64,000 nt of DNA from Neoconidiobolus thromboides FSU 785 (lineage: Eukaryota > Fungi > Entomophthoromycota): positions 62,001 to 126,000 of the forward strand of contig MU626269.1 in the NCBI GenBank assembly GCA_025603075.1, given 5' to 3'. Below are positions 13,027-24,616 of the stretch, piece after piece. A program made the translations under genes and the position numbers. Position 1 is the stretch's first letter. Every line of letters begins with the position of its first letter. Under the pieces are notes generated by a model that did no database searches, was not told the origin of the DNA, and saw only the letters and a list, made by a program, of their open reading frames with translations.

Positions 13027-13865
13027 TTTGTTTGGTTCATATTTCAAGTTAAAATTATTATCAAGTATAGTAAATTAAATTGAATTTTTAATATGTATTT
13101 TATTTTTAATACGTAGTTTTTTAAGGATACTTTGTTTATTTTTTTAAAAATAGTAACGGAATATTTCATTTATTAAAAAAGAAAACTTGACGCTTGTAAT
13201 ATTTATGCCACTATTTTTTAATTTTAAATACTAAGATGATTTCATTAAAGAAACAATGATTTTAAGATATAAATTAATATCTTTTGTAATTCCTATGACT
13301 CTCAATTTTATTCAATAATAAAAGGACAACTTTATAGTTATAGTAACACTTTAAAATCAGCGTTATATACAAAATTATAGGAAGTTTATGTATTAATATT
13401 AACAAAATGGTAAAATTACGGCATATATTAATAGATGGTATAGTAATTGTAAATTGGCTGGTTCACCTATTAAGCTTGTCTAATATACTAAAATAACAAA
13501 AATATTACAATACTATATGAAATACAATAATAATATGTGATGGCTTTTTATTACTTATTTAATAAAAAAGGTAGAAATTTATATGAATAAAGTATTATGA
13601 CTTGAAAAATAACTCTTAGACTATAAGAGGTTATAAACAGTAGATAAAATTTTTATAATCAAGTATCAATTCATTTGCACTTTTCAAAACATATTTTTAT
13701 TGTAGCATTTTATTTTGTTTATTTAAAATAACATATTAAGATATAATATGAAATAGTAAAAAATATTTAAATTTATATTACTAAATTATTATTATAAATC
13801 ACTTTAAAAACTGTTACTGCTTTTTAGCAATGTTAAAGCAATAAATTTAATTTAAGACAAGATAT

Positions 13866-13963
13866 GAGGGTTTTTTTTTGGCTTCATTACTTTTTCTATC
13901 TTTTAAGCGCTATTTAAGTGGAAAAATTCTCAGCAAAATTCTCAAACATAAAAATACATCCCC
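13866..13963 (-). mobile_element. MITE copy 1 (~97-bp family)
   Basis: Matches the family consensus; ends ...aaaatacatcccc; flanks ATAT/GGAT (TSD decayed). Confidence 0.85.
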
Positions 13964-14295
13964 GGATGTTTTTTACTTATTGTCTTTCTGCTATTTTTTC
14001 AGAATTTAGAAATCAATCAATCAATCAAACTGTTTAAGTTAGAATGTGTGCTGGCAAACGATAAATTTTGTAGCTAATTATTTACTCTATCATACTGATT
14101 TGTGGCTTATTAATTTAATTTAATTTTGAAATGAACAATTATCTAGCACGCATTCAAACTTGAACAATGAATTAGTTAATTGATCTCTAATTTAAAAAAT
14201 AATAAAGGACAATAAGTAAAAAATATGCTAATATACTTTGTATAAACTATTTGATCCTTTTACAAAACATGTGATATGAATTGCAAACACTATAT

Positions 14296-14394
14296 GGGAG
14301 TGTTTTTTTTAACTTCATTATTTTTTCCATTTTTTAAGCGCTATTTAAGCGGAAAATTTGTTAGTAAAATTCTTAAACACAAAAATACATCCCC
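14296..14394 (-). mobile_element. MITE copy 2
   Basis: gggagtgttttttt...aaaaatacatcccc; perfect TSD ATAT/ATAT. Confidence 0.92.
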
Positions 14395-15785
14395 ATATGT
14401 AATCTAGTTTAACTATTTATTAGAAATTATTATTGGATAATTTCAAGTTTAAAAACAATTTTAAAAATAATTATAGTTATTATGAGCATTTAAAGTTACA
14501 TAACATAACACTTACTATGTCTTAGAAACTAGGAATATTGATAGATTCTATTAAAATAGAAAAGTGTTTGAACTTTGATATAGTCAATATAAAACATGTA
14601 TACAATGTCTTTATAATAAAGAATTTCAAGGCTTGGCAAAAATACGTTTTTTAATTGAGATTTAGCTATTGTATTTTTTTGAATTTAAGTGAGATAAAAA
14701 AATAGAGGAATTAGTAAAATAAAAAAGACACTTCTATATTATTATTATAGATGCTACTTGTAGGAGTGCTTATTAAATTAGCATAAAAAAGCACAAACAT
14801 ATTATGATGTTGAGTAATATAAAAGTAAGGGTACGTTATAGTAAAGAAAAATGGAAGTAAAAAGCAAGTGAGCACTAATTGGCAACTGATCCTTGACTAG
14901 TTTTAAAGTTATATCTGGCTTTTAAGACAATTCTTAAGTTAAGTGGTGCTTTTACTTTATGATTTAGTTTTAATATCTTCAAATATTATTTTTTAAAAAG
15001 ATAAGAATTCTTATAAGTAAAGCTTAGATTAGTTAATTATAGATCGTAAGATTGATAATATTCGTTTATTAAAAATGATAGTTATTTTTTTCATTTTACA
15101 TAACTAAGCATTTCTGAGAAATGGGGAAGTTGATTTATTATTTTAAGTAATAAAATTTTAAATTAAAAGATATTAAAAATAATAATATAATAAAATAAAT
15201 AAAGGGTAAATTAAAGATTAAAACCATTAATTAGTATTTATATTTATTTAATTAAAAACATTAATGCTAACATACTCTTTTTATTTAATAAACCTCGGTT
15301 AATTGAAACATATTTCACTTATAAAATATCAAATCATTATTTATTATTTGATTACACATGTCAAAATATTAAAAATAGTACATAAGTCAGGACTCGCAGC
15401 AGAATAAAAAGGATAAGAATTATAAAAAAAGGAAGTCAATGGGGTTTTGGGTAATAGGTAACATTATTATTTAACTACAAAATGTTATATTTTATTTTTA
15501 TTTAACTAGATATATTATTATACTATCAAGTTAAATGAACTATACTATATATATCAATTACACAATTATGGCATTTATTTTCAATTTTATATAATAAAAA
15601 TGGATTAGTTAAGAGAGGGTTTGGTCTAATTATCAATTTAATCGGTTTCAACTTAACATAATTAGAAGAAAACTAGTTAAGCATCATTTACCCCATTTAG
15701 AAGCAAAACTTGATTCTATGATATCACAATAAACTATATATACGAAGCATAAATATATTATACAAAATTATTTATAAAAAAGTGA

Positions 15786-16379
15786 ATGGAATCTAAAAGG
15801 AACTCGATATTACCTAACCTTATAAAACAGACAGAAATTATAGAACTAGAATCTAATCATACAATCAAAAAACATATATTCTTACATTGTATTGGCCCAG
15901 ACTCAGAACCATTGATAGATTGGTCAACGTATAATGCTACTTCTTACTCAACCTACCGTCCAAACATTGACTTAGACTATGAATATCGCTATGACAAGCC
16001 GAATAGCGACTCAGAGGAGGAGTATAGTGATGATGACATGAACAAAGAGATAAACTGCACTTTATTAAATCAAACCAAAATCATGCAAACTAAGAATTCA
16101 TTATTAGAAAAGATAGGAGTTGAATTTGACCGAGGAATCACTAATGCAGCTACATTTACAGCCTTGAAAGATTTACCAAGAACACGTAGCTTAAGCTCTA
16201 GTAACTTTAGTAATGAAGATATCAAAGCAAATAAAGTGTTAGGTAGCTTTAATATTTTATTGGCTAAGATTCAACTTAAATTGTCCGATTTAACTAATAA
16301 TCCAGATAAAGTGTATGCTAAAGCAGAGAGAAATTTAATGGTTGGAAGGCTACAAATTGGTAAACCCCTTTTTGTGTAG
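15786..16379 (+). CDS. Hypothetical protein, paralog of 22036..22605; divergent Hmp1/CsbD-like C-terminus
   Basis: 197-aa intronless ORF sharing KQTEIIELE, FLHC.GPD..PLIDWSTY and AK.QLK.SD.T.NP.K..A.AERNL.VGRLQ with the paralog. Confidence 0.85.
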   Translation: MESKRNSILPNLIKQTEIIELESNHTIKKHIFLHCIGPDSEPLIDWSTYNATSYSTYRPNIDLDYEYRYDKPNSDSEEEYSDDDMNKEINCTLLNQTKIMQTKNSLLEKIGVEFDRGITNAATFTALKDLPRTRSLSSSNFSNEDIKANKVLGSFNILLAKIQLKLSDLTNNPDKVYAKAERNLMVGRLQIGKPLFV

Positions 16380-17783
16380 AGTTTTTGATTTTAAAGTATT
16401 TATTTATGTTTAATAAAAAGTTTGTTTTATTTTTATTTTGACATCTATTTTATATCAGTCTTTTAAAAAATGCTAATCAGGATAGATACTTTTATAAATT
16501 AATTTTATTGGCTAATCAATCACTAGCAATTTTTGTTTTTTAATAACTTTCATATCATTAATATCTGTAACTTCATTATTATATCTATAAGGTAGTTTTT
16601 CATCATAAGAAATTATTAAACTTGTGCTCCTTTAGTTATCCTGATTTTTACTTATTGACAATAATCTCTTAAAAAAACCTAGTCATTTATTTATTAATAT
16701 AAATCATACTAATATTGGTTGTATATCTACTTAAATAATAACAATAAATAGGTACTTTCTGGATAATATAATGTATATAAAGCCTTTAGAATTTATATAA
16801 TTAATTTCTATAATGAGGCCTTGTAAAGTTTCTGAACCGAAGAAACTATTGTAGATAAAATATTACTTTACTAATGATATTGATAATGTACTATTTAGTA
16901 TGTCAGCTCCTATCCGCTTCACTAGTACAGTCTATTTAAGAATAACGTCTCTATGAAAGTAGTTTTATAGTCTTTGTTAGGTCTCTATTTGTATGATTCA
17001 TTAAACTATCATAATATTAGTATAAGAAGCTCTAAATTACATAAAATAGCAACACCGTTGCTAGTATCATACACAAATGACAATAAAGTTATAAAGACGC
17101 TTGTTTAACGATGTTAATCAAAAATAAGATTTATCCTCAACCGTAGATTTATTATCATATCTATTAAAAGCTACTTATACAATTTCTAAGTATTTATTTT
17201 GCAATTTATCATGAATTAAGGTGTAGCATTATACTATTCACTTATTCTATTAATGTAACCATTGTGATCATTTGGGTCAATTTTTATACATGATGCTAAT
17301 GTATCAGAGAATTAAATATATAAATTGTAGTGGCATTCATAAAGCCTCTTTAGTGTGATATAAAAAGTTGATAGTTTATTGGGATTGAAGGGCTTAAGGA
17401 TGAAAGGGTTACTAAAATTAAATTGAATACTATTATTTTGATAATGCGAAAGCTGTTTACTGTGTTTGTACAGTTATTGTTACTTTGCAACAATGATTTG
17501 AGATGAATTTACAACACTTTGTAACTGTTCCTTTAACTTGGTTACATAAAGCCATGGATAGATAAATGAGACATAAGCAATGTTGTGGAAGAAGATTAGT
17601 TTTTGTAAGTGAATAAAGCTGTTAAGCTTAACAAAGAGTTTTAGATAAAATAACAACTAAGTAAGCGGTAGGATTTTTAGAAGCTTAAATCAGGCCATAC
17701 TTTTATAAAGATTACAGTATTGAAATATAGACTATTTATACATAAATATGCAACTTTTTTCCAAGAACATAAATAGAACATAT

Positions 17784-17878
17784 GGGAGTGTCTTTTAACT
17801 TCATTGTTTTTTCTATTTTTTAAGCGCTATTTAAGCGGAAAATTTGTTAGCAAAATTCTTAAACAAAAATACATCCCC
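17784..17878 (-). mobile_element. MITE copy 3
   Basis: Consensus match; flanks ATAT/ACAT. Confidence 0.88.
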
Positions 17879-18013
17879 ACATATTTCACTACAATTCAAT
17901 AAAGTGAACTCTGTTATATTAAAGCAATTACAATATTTAGAATTCATTAAAATTAAATGATATCTAATAGGTTTAAATAAAAATTAATCTTTATTTACAA
18001 TTAATTATACTAT

Positions 18014-18511
18014 TTACACAACACTACGATTATATTTAGCAGCAGAAATTTTAGCATCTCCTTTTAACTTATCTTGTGTACCAGATACAACGACTTCAGG
18101 CTTATTTAATGCTTTACCAACTGTTTCTTTAATACTACCTTTCACTTTATCCATTCTTCCTCCCATGCTGCTTGGTTTTGCATTTCCAGGTTGGGCTGGA
18201 TTGTTATGGGTATGACCAACGGTATTATGACCGGCAGTATAGTGTCCAGTAGTAGGGTGACCGGCGGTGTGATGGCCAGTACCAACAATAGGTTGTCCAG
18301 TAGTGTGATGGCCAGTAGTATGATGACCAGTACCAACGATAGGTTGTCCAGTAGTGTGATGGCCAGTAGTATGATGACCAGTACCAACGATAGGTTGTCC
18401 GGTAGTATGGTGGCCAGTAGTATGGTGATCAGTGATGTTATGACCAGTAGTATGATGGGTACCAGCTGGTTCAGTAATTACGTTAGAGTGTTTATTGTTT
18501 TTTAAATGCAT
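18014..18511 (-). CDS. His/Thr/Gly-repeat hydrophilin with C-terminal Hmp1/CsbD-like module
   Basis: Three 17-aa repeats HHTTGHHTTGQPIVGTG; C-terminus PSSMGGRMDKVKGSIKETVGKALNKPEVVVSGTQDKLKGDAKISAAK. Confidence 0.85.
   Translation of the reverse strand: MHLKNNKHSNVITEPAGTHHTTGHNITDHHTTGHHTTGQPIVGTGHHTTGHHTTGQPIVGTGHHTTGHHTTGQPIVGTGHHTAGHPTTGHYTAGHNTVGHTHNNPAQPGNAKPSSMGGRMDKVKGSIKETVGKALNKPEVVVSGTQDKLKGDAKISAAKYNRSVV
18276..18428 (-). repeat. Three 51-bp coding tandem repeats built on 15-bp GHHTT subunits
   Basis: ccagtaccaac.ataggttgtccagtagtgtgatggccagtagtatgatga x3. Confidence 0.88.
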
Positions 18512-18998
18512 TTTGAATTTTTAATGTTATTTTAGAATATTTTTCTGTGTATTTATATTATTTTTTTGCTACAGTTTACTCTATTTTAATTTTTTGTTAT
18601 GCAATTATGATTTTAATTTTTGTATTGATAAATCAATTAGCTGTAACTATTAAATCATTTTTTATAGTTTATTTTTAAATTAAGATTTCAAACTGACGTA
18701 TTAAAACCGAAAAAAATTTAAAATTTAAAAATTAAGGTTTATACTTTATGCAAATTAAATAATTAACATTATTATGTAACATTAATAATAAAGATTTCAT
18801 TGATCTTAAAAGTCTTTTTATTTTAATACAATGAGTAATACGATGTAATTTTCATTTTATTTTTTAATGATTTAAACTTATGTCAATTATTATGATTACT
18901 GACATTACCTTAGCATTTTTATATCACTGAAATATAATTTTGACCTTTTTTAACTAAAGATGAGTTTAATTCCATTGAAAAATAACATATGAATATAT

Positions 18999-19094
18999 AG
19001 GGATCTATTTTTGTGCTTAAGAATTTTACTAACAATTTCCCCGCTTAAGTAGCGCTTAAAAAATGGAAAAAGTGAGGCCAAAAAAGACATCCTC
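18999..19094 (+). mobile_element. MITE copy 4
   Basis: agggatctatttttgtgcttaagaattttactaac...aaaaagacatcctc; TSD unclear. Confidence 0.82.
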
Positions 19095-19997
19095 TATGGC
19101 TTAAATCAAAATTGAAGAAGCTCAATTTTTGAATTCTTTAAAATGCAGTCAAAATACACTTTATACTTACAAGGACTTTGATTTATCTACTTTATTTAAA
19201 CTTCTATATATGCTAATTAGTATGTTAGATTTAATACATATATATTTATTTGTAAAATAGATTGCTCTAAGACCAGTAACAAAAAATTATTGATTAAATT
19301 GAATAAATAAAGTGTCGCTTCTAACAAGGTACAATGCAGAAGTACTTCTACCTCTAGTGGAATGCATAATAAAAATACCACCATCTCCTTCACTCGACCA
19401 GAGCATAGGAGTATGGTTGTTTTAAACAAAACATAAAACAGAAGTATCACTGTTGATACCAAGTTGGAACATAAAGGATCTAAAAGTTATAGTCAATCAA
19501 AGATTACAAATAGAAATAGTCCCAAATCAGGTGACAATATTTCTATTTGTAAATGAGATAAGTTTATTAGAGTCTAAAAGGATGCTACTCAAGCAAAAGA
19601 GTTTAGGGAGAGAACATTAAAATTAAAACCAAGTATGGTTAATAAATACTCAATTATATAACTTATTATTTAACATATTGCTTTAACAGCTCCTAAAATA
19701 TTGTTAAAATAGCGCTGTTTGGCTACTTAACTGACTTTGATTTTTATAAAATACCCAATTTGTACGTTTTATTAAAATTATACGAATTTTGTGCTTTAGT
19801 TAATATAATACAGTAAAAACTTATGTTTTTTAATAAATTCACAGTATCCGAATCAAATATTTAAATTGGTAGTTCTTTATTTTATTAGTAGTAGATGATT
19901 GAAGAAGAATATATGTGAATGTTATAAAAATTTCAAGGACCTTCCTAATTCATGATAATATATTTGAAACTTATTCATAATAAAGATATAAAGATAT

Positions 19998-20091
19998 AAA
20001 GATGTTTTTTAGTTTCATTATTTTTTCCGTTTTTTAAGTGCAATTTAAGAGGAAAAATTACTAATAAAATTATTAAACAAAATACATCCCC
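19998..20091 (-). mobile_element. MITE copy 5 (decayed terminus)
   Basis: aaagatgttttttagtttcatt...aaatacatcccc; flanks ATAT/ATGT; preceded by short taaagata tandem units. Confidence 0.82.
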
Positions 20092-20546
20092 ATGTCTTGA
20101 GTAGAATTATAGTTTATGCAAATAAATATATGATCCCATTATTTTTAATAAATTGAATTAACAAAATAAAATAAAACAGATTAGATAATTGAAGTTAATA
20201 ATTGGTGTATTTTTTAAATCATCAAGTCATTATCTAATATTAATTATTATGTAAATCAATATCTTTATAATTTAATACGAATTCTGAAATTCAAATTTAC
20301 AAAAAAATATTTTTTTAATTTACTAGTTTAAAATATTATTAAAAAGGAACTAAATATTAACTTTTGTAAGTTGTATTTTTATATAGGTTAATTAATATGG
20401 GTTTACCTCTTATGATGTATTTTATAGTTAATATTAACCTATAACTTATACTGTATATTTAAAATTACTAAAGTGTTTATTCAAATTAATAATTTAGAAG
20501 TCCTAAGATTTATAATACTCCCAAATTTTAAAATAGTTTTATATCT

Positions 20547-20646
20547 GGGGATGTATTCTTGTGTTTAAGAATTTTACTAATAATTTTTCCACTTAAATAG
20601 TGCTTAAAAGATGGAAAAAGTGATGAAGCCAAAAAAAAACATATTC
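20547..20646 (+). mobile_element. MITE copy 6
   Basis: ggggatgtattcttgtgtttaagaattttact...aaaaaaaaacatattc; flanks ATCT/ATAT. Confidence 0.88.
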
Positions 20647-20697
20647 ATATAATATCAATTTTGTGTAAATAAAAAGAACAGAAGGAACACACGATAT

Positions 20698-20795
20698 GGA
20701 GGTGTTTTTTTGTGTTTAAGAATTTTACCAACAATCTTTCCACTCGAATAGCACTTAAAAAATGGAAAAATAATGAAATTAAAAAAAACATCCCC
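20698..20795 (+). mobile_element. MITE copy 7 (51 bp after copy 6)
   Basis: ggaggtgttttttt...aaaaaaaacatcccc; TSD ATAT/ATAT. Confidence 0.9.
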
Positions 20796-22035
20796 ATATA
20801 GTTCATGTTAGTAATATAGATACAAATATTAAAATTTTGTTACATAAAATTGAGTCTATTTAAATCAAAAGCGGTTTCTGTTGTTTATTAAGCAAATTAT
20901 ATTAAAATTGTAATAAATCGTAAAAATATCTTATACGAATATCGACTTTATTAGTTTATGAAAAAAGTATTATAGTTTTGTTTTCATTAGGTTTGATTTA
21001 TGGCGCCTAAAGGGCTTGATACCTTTTGTAAAGCTAGGCGGATATCTTTCTTTCTCCCTCATCGTTCGTTCATCTTTAAATGCTTTATCACTTAGCCTTG
21101 TTGAGCTTTTCTCCTATAAAACACTTACGAATTCTTGTCTCTTTCAGGATTAATTCATTGAAAAGCTTAAGACATTAAATAAAATGACTAATATTGTATT
21201 TTATACTTATATAAGTTTATTTTTATAATATACTACTACTCCTTAGCAGATAAGTGTATATAAAAATTTAATTTATCAGTTTTATGTGAAGCGATGTATT
21301 AAGTGAATAATATATAAACATTTGCATTTATTTTATATTAGAATTCCAAAATGTGTCATTCTTATAACAATAGCAGCTACTAATCTTCAAGCAACTCTTT
21401 AAATAAAGATAAAGTTGGTTACAACTAACTAAAGACTAAGATTGAATCAAAGGTATAAGTTAAAGGTGAAGCTAAACCAAGCATTGATCCTTCTCTTACT
21501 ACTGATTTAGGTAATTCTCCTTCGAACAAAAAAAGACAACTCCAAGCCGGATGACTTAGAGCAACAACAGACTGTACAAGAGACCATGTATGAGTAATAA
21601 AAAGGAGCTACTTTATCTTTACTTTATCCTTACTTTATTCATATCAAATTAGTGACTTCTATCTTATGAATAAAGCCATGCTATTAGCTTAATTTTTTAC
21701 AAACCTTAGAATAACAAAAGCTCATAGGCATTTTATTTCTGAAGAAAATCCTAGGTAGTTAGCTAGAGGTTATGAGAGGATTTAAGGTGAGTCGATTTTT
21801 GGAATGCGAATTTGAACCCAATGACTCCTTTTAGACGCAGTCATGCTAAATAAAGTAGTTTGGAATTTTGCATTATGCAGATCAGCTCATATGAAAGAAA
21901 TGGTGGATGGAGCGGTAGGGGGAGTAGAGATATCGTCTGGAGATAGTTTTGTACAGTAAGAGCTGATGGTCCACATATACGTAGTCATATCAAAAAGTTA
22001 TGTAAAGCTATGTGGTTTTAGGATTTATAGAAAAC

Positions 22036-22605
22036 CTAGTTAACGGGTTTATTTAATTGTAATCTCCCAACAATCAAATTCCTTTCAGCACTAGCCTGAA
22101 GTTTATTAGGATTGCCTGTCCAATCTGATATTTTTAACTGCATTTTTGCTATCATCACGTTAAATCTTCCTTTAACTTTATTGCGTCGAATGTCATCTGT
22201 GCCAAAGTTGTTGTGCTTTTTCTTTTCATCTTGATTTAATTCAGTTAATGCTACGAAAGTGGCGTAATCTGTAACACCTCGATCTTCTTTATCAACTCCA
22301 ATATTTTGTAAAAGTTGATTGCTTGTCTGGAGGATTTCCGTTTGCTTTAACAATCTTCCAGTTACTGTTGGGTTTGGTTTAATATTATTAGATTCATTTG
22401 ATGATTTCAATAGAACATTTGGTTTATATTTTGAAAATGAAGTTGACTCATACGTCGACCAATCGATCAATGGGGTTGCATCAGGCCCTACACAATGTAA
22501 AAAGGTTTGTTTTTTTATATTGTTTTTACCCTCCAATTCAATGATCTCAGTTTGTTTTATTACATCTGGCATCAAATTGTTTGTATTCAATTTATTATCG
22601 TTCAT
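22036..22605 (-). CDS. Hypothetical protein, paralog of 15786..16379; divergent Hmp1/CsbD-like C-terminus
   Basis: 189-aa intronless ORF with clear blockwise identity to the 15786 ORF. Confidence 0.85.
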   Translation of the reverse strand: MNDNKLNTNNLMPDVIKQTEIIELEGKNNIKKQTFLHCVGPDATPLIDWSTYESTSFSKYKPNVLLKSSNESNNIKPNPTVTGRLLKQTEILQTSNQLLQNIGVDKEDRGVTDYATFVALTELNQDEKKKHNNFGTDDIRRNKVKGRFNVMIAKMQLKISDWTGNPNKLQASAERNLIVGRLQLNKPVN

Positions 22606-22965
22606 ATTAATTAGCTTGCTTTTTAAAATTTATAAAACATATTTTGTTCATGTTTATATATATTCTTATTGATGATTTCATCTTTCCCCATCTTTCTTTT
22701 TACTTCCTTTCTTAAATTGACCTGGTGACTATGTACCTTATTATTTCAATTTCCTTTTATATAAAACCTTACTGTTCATTACAACAAGCAGTTAATTGTT
22801 TCTGTCCCTCAAAAATCATTAAAAAACTAATAGTGAGCTAATAAACTATTTTGAAAAACCGAGATTCCAGTTAAGACAAATGAGAACATTTAAAACATAA
22901 AATTCATAACTATGTTATTTAATATATATTATTTATTATTTAATATTAATCCATGAATTTTGTAT

Positions 22966-23604
22966 TTAGTGCTTTTCTGGGCATTTACCAAGTAATTTGA
23001 TATCAGACCAACAGCTATTGGTACCTTTATAGATGCCATCTTCAATAAAGAGATCACGATCCAAGAAACCTAAAGTGATGTGACCCCAAAAAGCTTCAGG
23101 TTGGAATAAAGCACCCTCACCGCCCTTACTTTTATAGACATTAAATATATCTTTACGGATATCAATATAACGCTGCTGATTTTTTAAGATCAAATTGTAA
23201 ACTTCTTGTTGTTTGTCAGCAATAACTACTCTTTGGCGTCCAATACAAGCAATGTTAACTGGGATCTGTTGGATCTTATGCTTAAGTGCGATGTCATTAA
23301 TCTCCTTCATAGTAACTCCAGCCTTGGACAAAACTTTGTCAAATTCAGGTGGGCTAATAACAGTGATATGAGCTTCACCACGGGATTTTAATGGAATACC
23401 AACAGTGCTATTAAGTTTATTAAATAATGGCTTAATGTAGCTGAAGTCTAAAGTTTGCTGAAGGTAGTTAGTGAACGGTTTTTCTCCAATTTTTGGCTCA
23501 AATGGGGTAGAGGAGGAATCAAGTGCTCTACGATCTAATTCAAAACTGTTTTGAGCATTAACTAAGGCTAAAGTAGCAAGGAGGAAACTGAAGTTGAATT
23601 TCAT
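22966..23604 (-). CDS. Secreted 2H phosphoesterase-superfamily protein
   Basis: Signal peptide MKFNFSFLLATLALVNA, propeptide ending in LDRR, and two HxT motifs (AHITVISPPEF, GHITLGF) about 90 aa apart. Confidence 0.78.
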   Translation of the reverse strand: MKFNFSFLLATLALVNAQNSFELDRRALDSSSTPFEPKIGEKPFTNYLQQTLDFSYIKPLFNKLNSTVGIPLKSRGEAHITVISPPEFDKVLSKAGVTMKEINDIALKHKIQQIPVNIACIGRQRVVIADKQQEVYNLILKNQQRYIDIRKDIFNVYKSKGGEGALFQPEAFWGHITLGFLDRDLFIEDGIYKGTNSCWSDIKLLGKCPEKH

Positions 23605-24616
23605 GGTATCTTATTGAGTTGAACTATAAAAAGCAAAAGCTAAATTTCATTGAAGTAAAATTGGCTGGTTTTATTGACTTGGTGTAAGGAATTAAGTTTT
23701 ATTCGAGAACTGAATTTCTTTACTTTTAAAGCAATTTAATAGCTTAGGTTCCTAATAAATTATTCGCTCTTTCGTCTTTTTTATGGTTATTTTTTCATGC
23801 TCGCCTCGAACCTTATTTGCTTACCCATATTTTCTCTTATTTATATATGAAAGTTTTATTAATAACATTTATGTTGTTGCTTCTTTTCCAATATTATAAT
23901 TATTTTTAATAAATAATTTATTTCTAAAATAACCCAATCAAATCTCACTTTCTATCAATGTGGTAGAATGATTAACATTTAGACTGTCTAATTCGGAACC
24001 AAATTTCTCAATATTATTGATAGTAAATCAGAACTTGTTTGTTATTATTATTTTATTCACTAACAGACTATTTGAACTAAACCATTCAGTAAATAGAGAA
24101 CTAGCTTTAACAAGTAGCTTTAATACTGGTAATACTATGATTTAAAATAGACAAAAAATGATAAGGATTTTTGCTGTTATTCTAATTGAAATTGATAGGT
24201 TTTTATAAAATCGTTAGTTATATTAAGAAATGAAATTTAAGTCAAGCTAGATTTCTAAGATTTATTATTACAAAACTCCCTTCAAGTTGGATTAAATTCA
24301 ATTTAGTTATATAAAATAAGTGAATTAACCAGGTTGAATTAAATTTCAAAGGTGTGAAGAAATAACTAAGAAAAAAAAAGTGCTTAATTTTACTAACACC
24401 TATTTTAAGAATAGCAAAGAAAATGGTCTACTATATCTAGTTAGTAAAGCTAATTTCATTTAAATAAAACAAAATGCCATGTATTAACAAACAAACCTGT
24501 AATATCAAATTAAAGGTATATAAGGCAACAATCATAGTGCCGTAAATAATTATAAAAAAACAAAAACTTAAATACTAACTGCTAACTGCTACGGTTTTAT
24601 CTCGACAGCAAGAAAA

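Noticed and set aside
18142-18505. Overlapping 81-aa and 104-aa ORFs in other frames
   Set aside because: Shadows of the GHHTT repeat gene.
22319-22672. 117-aa antisense ORF
   Set aside because: It overlaps a gene validated by a paralog and has no recognisable features.
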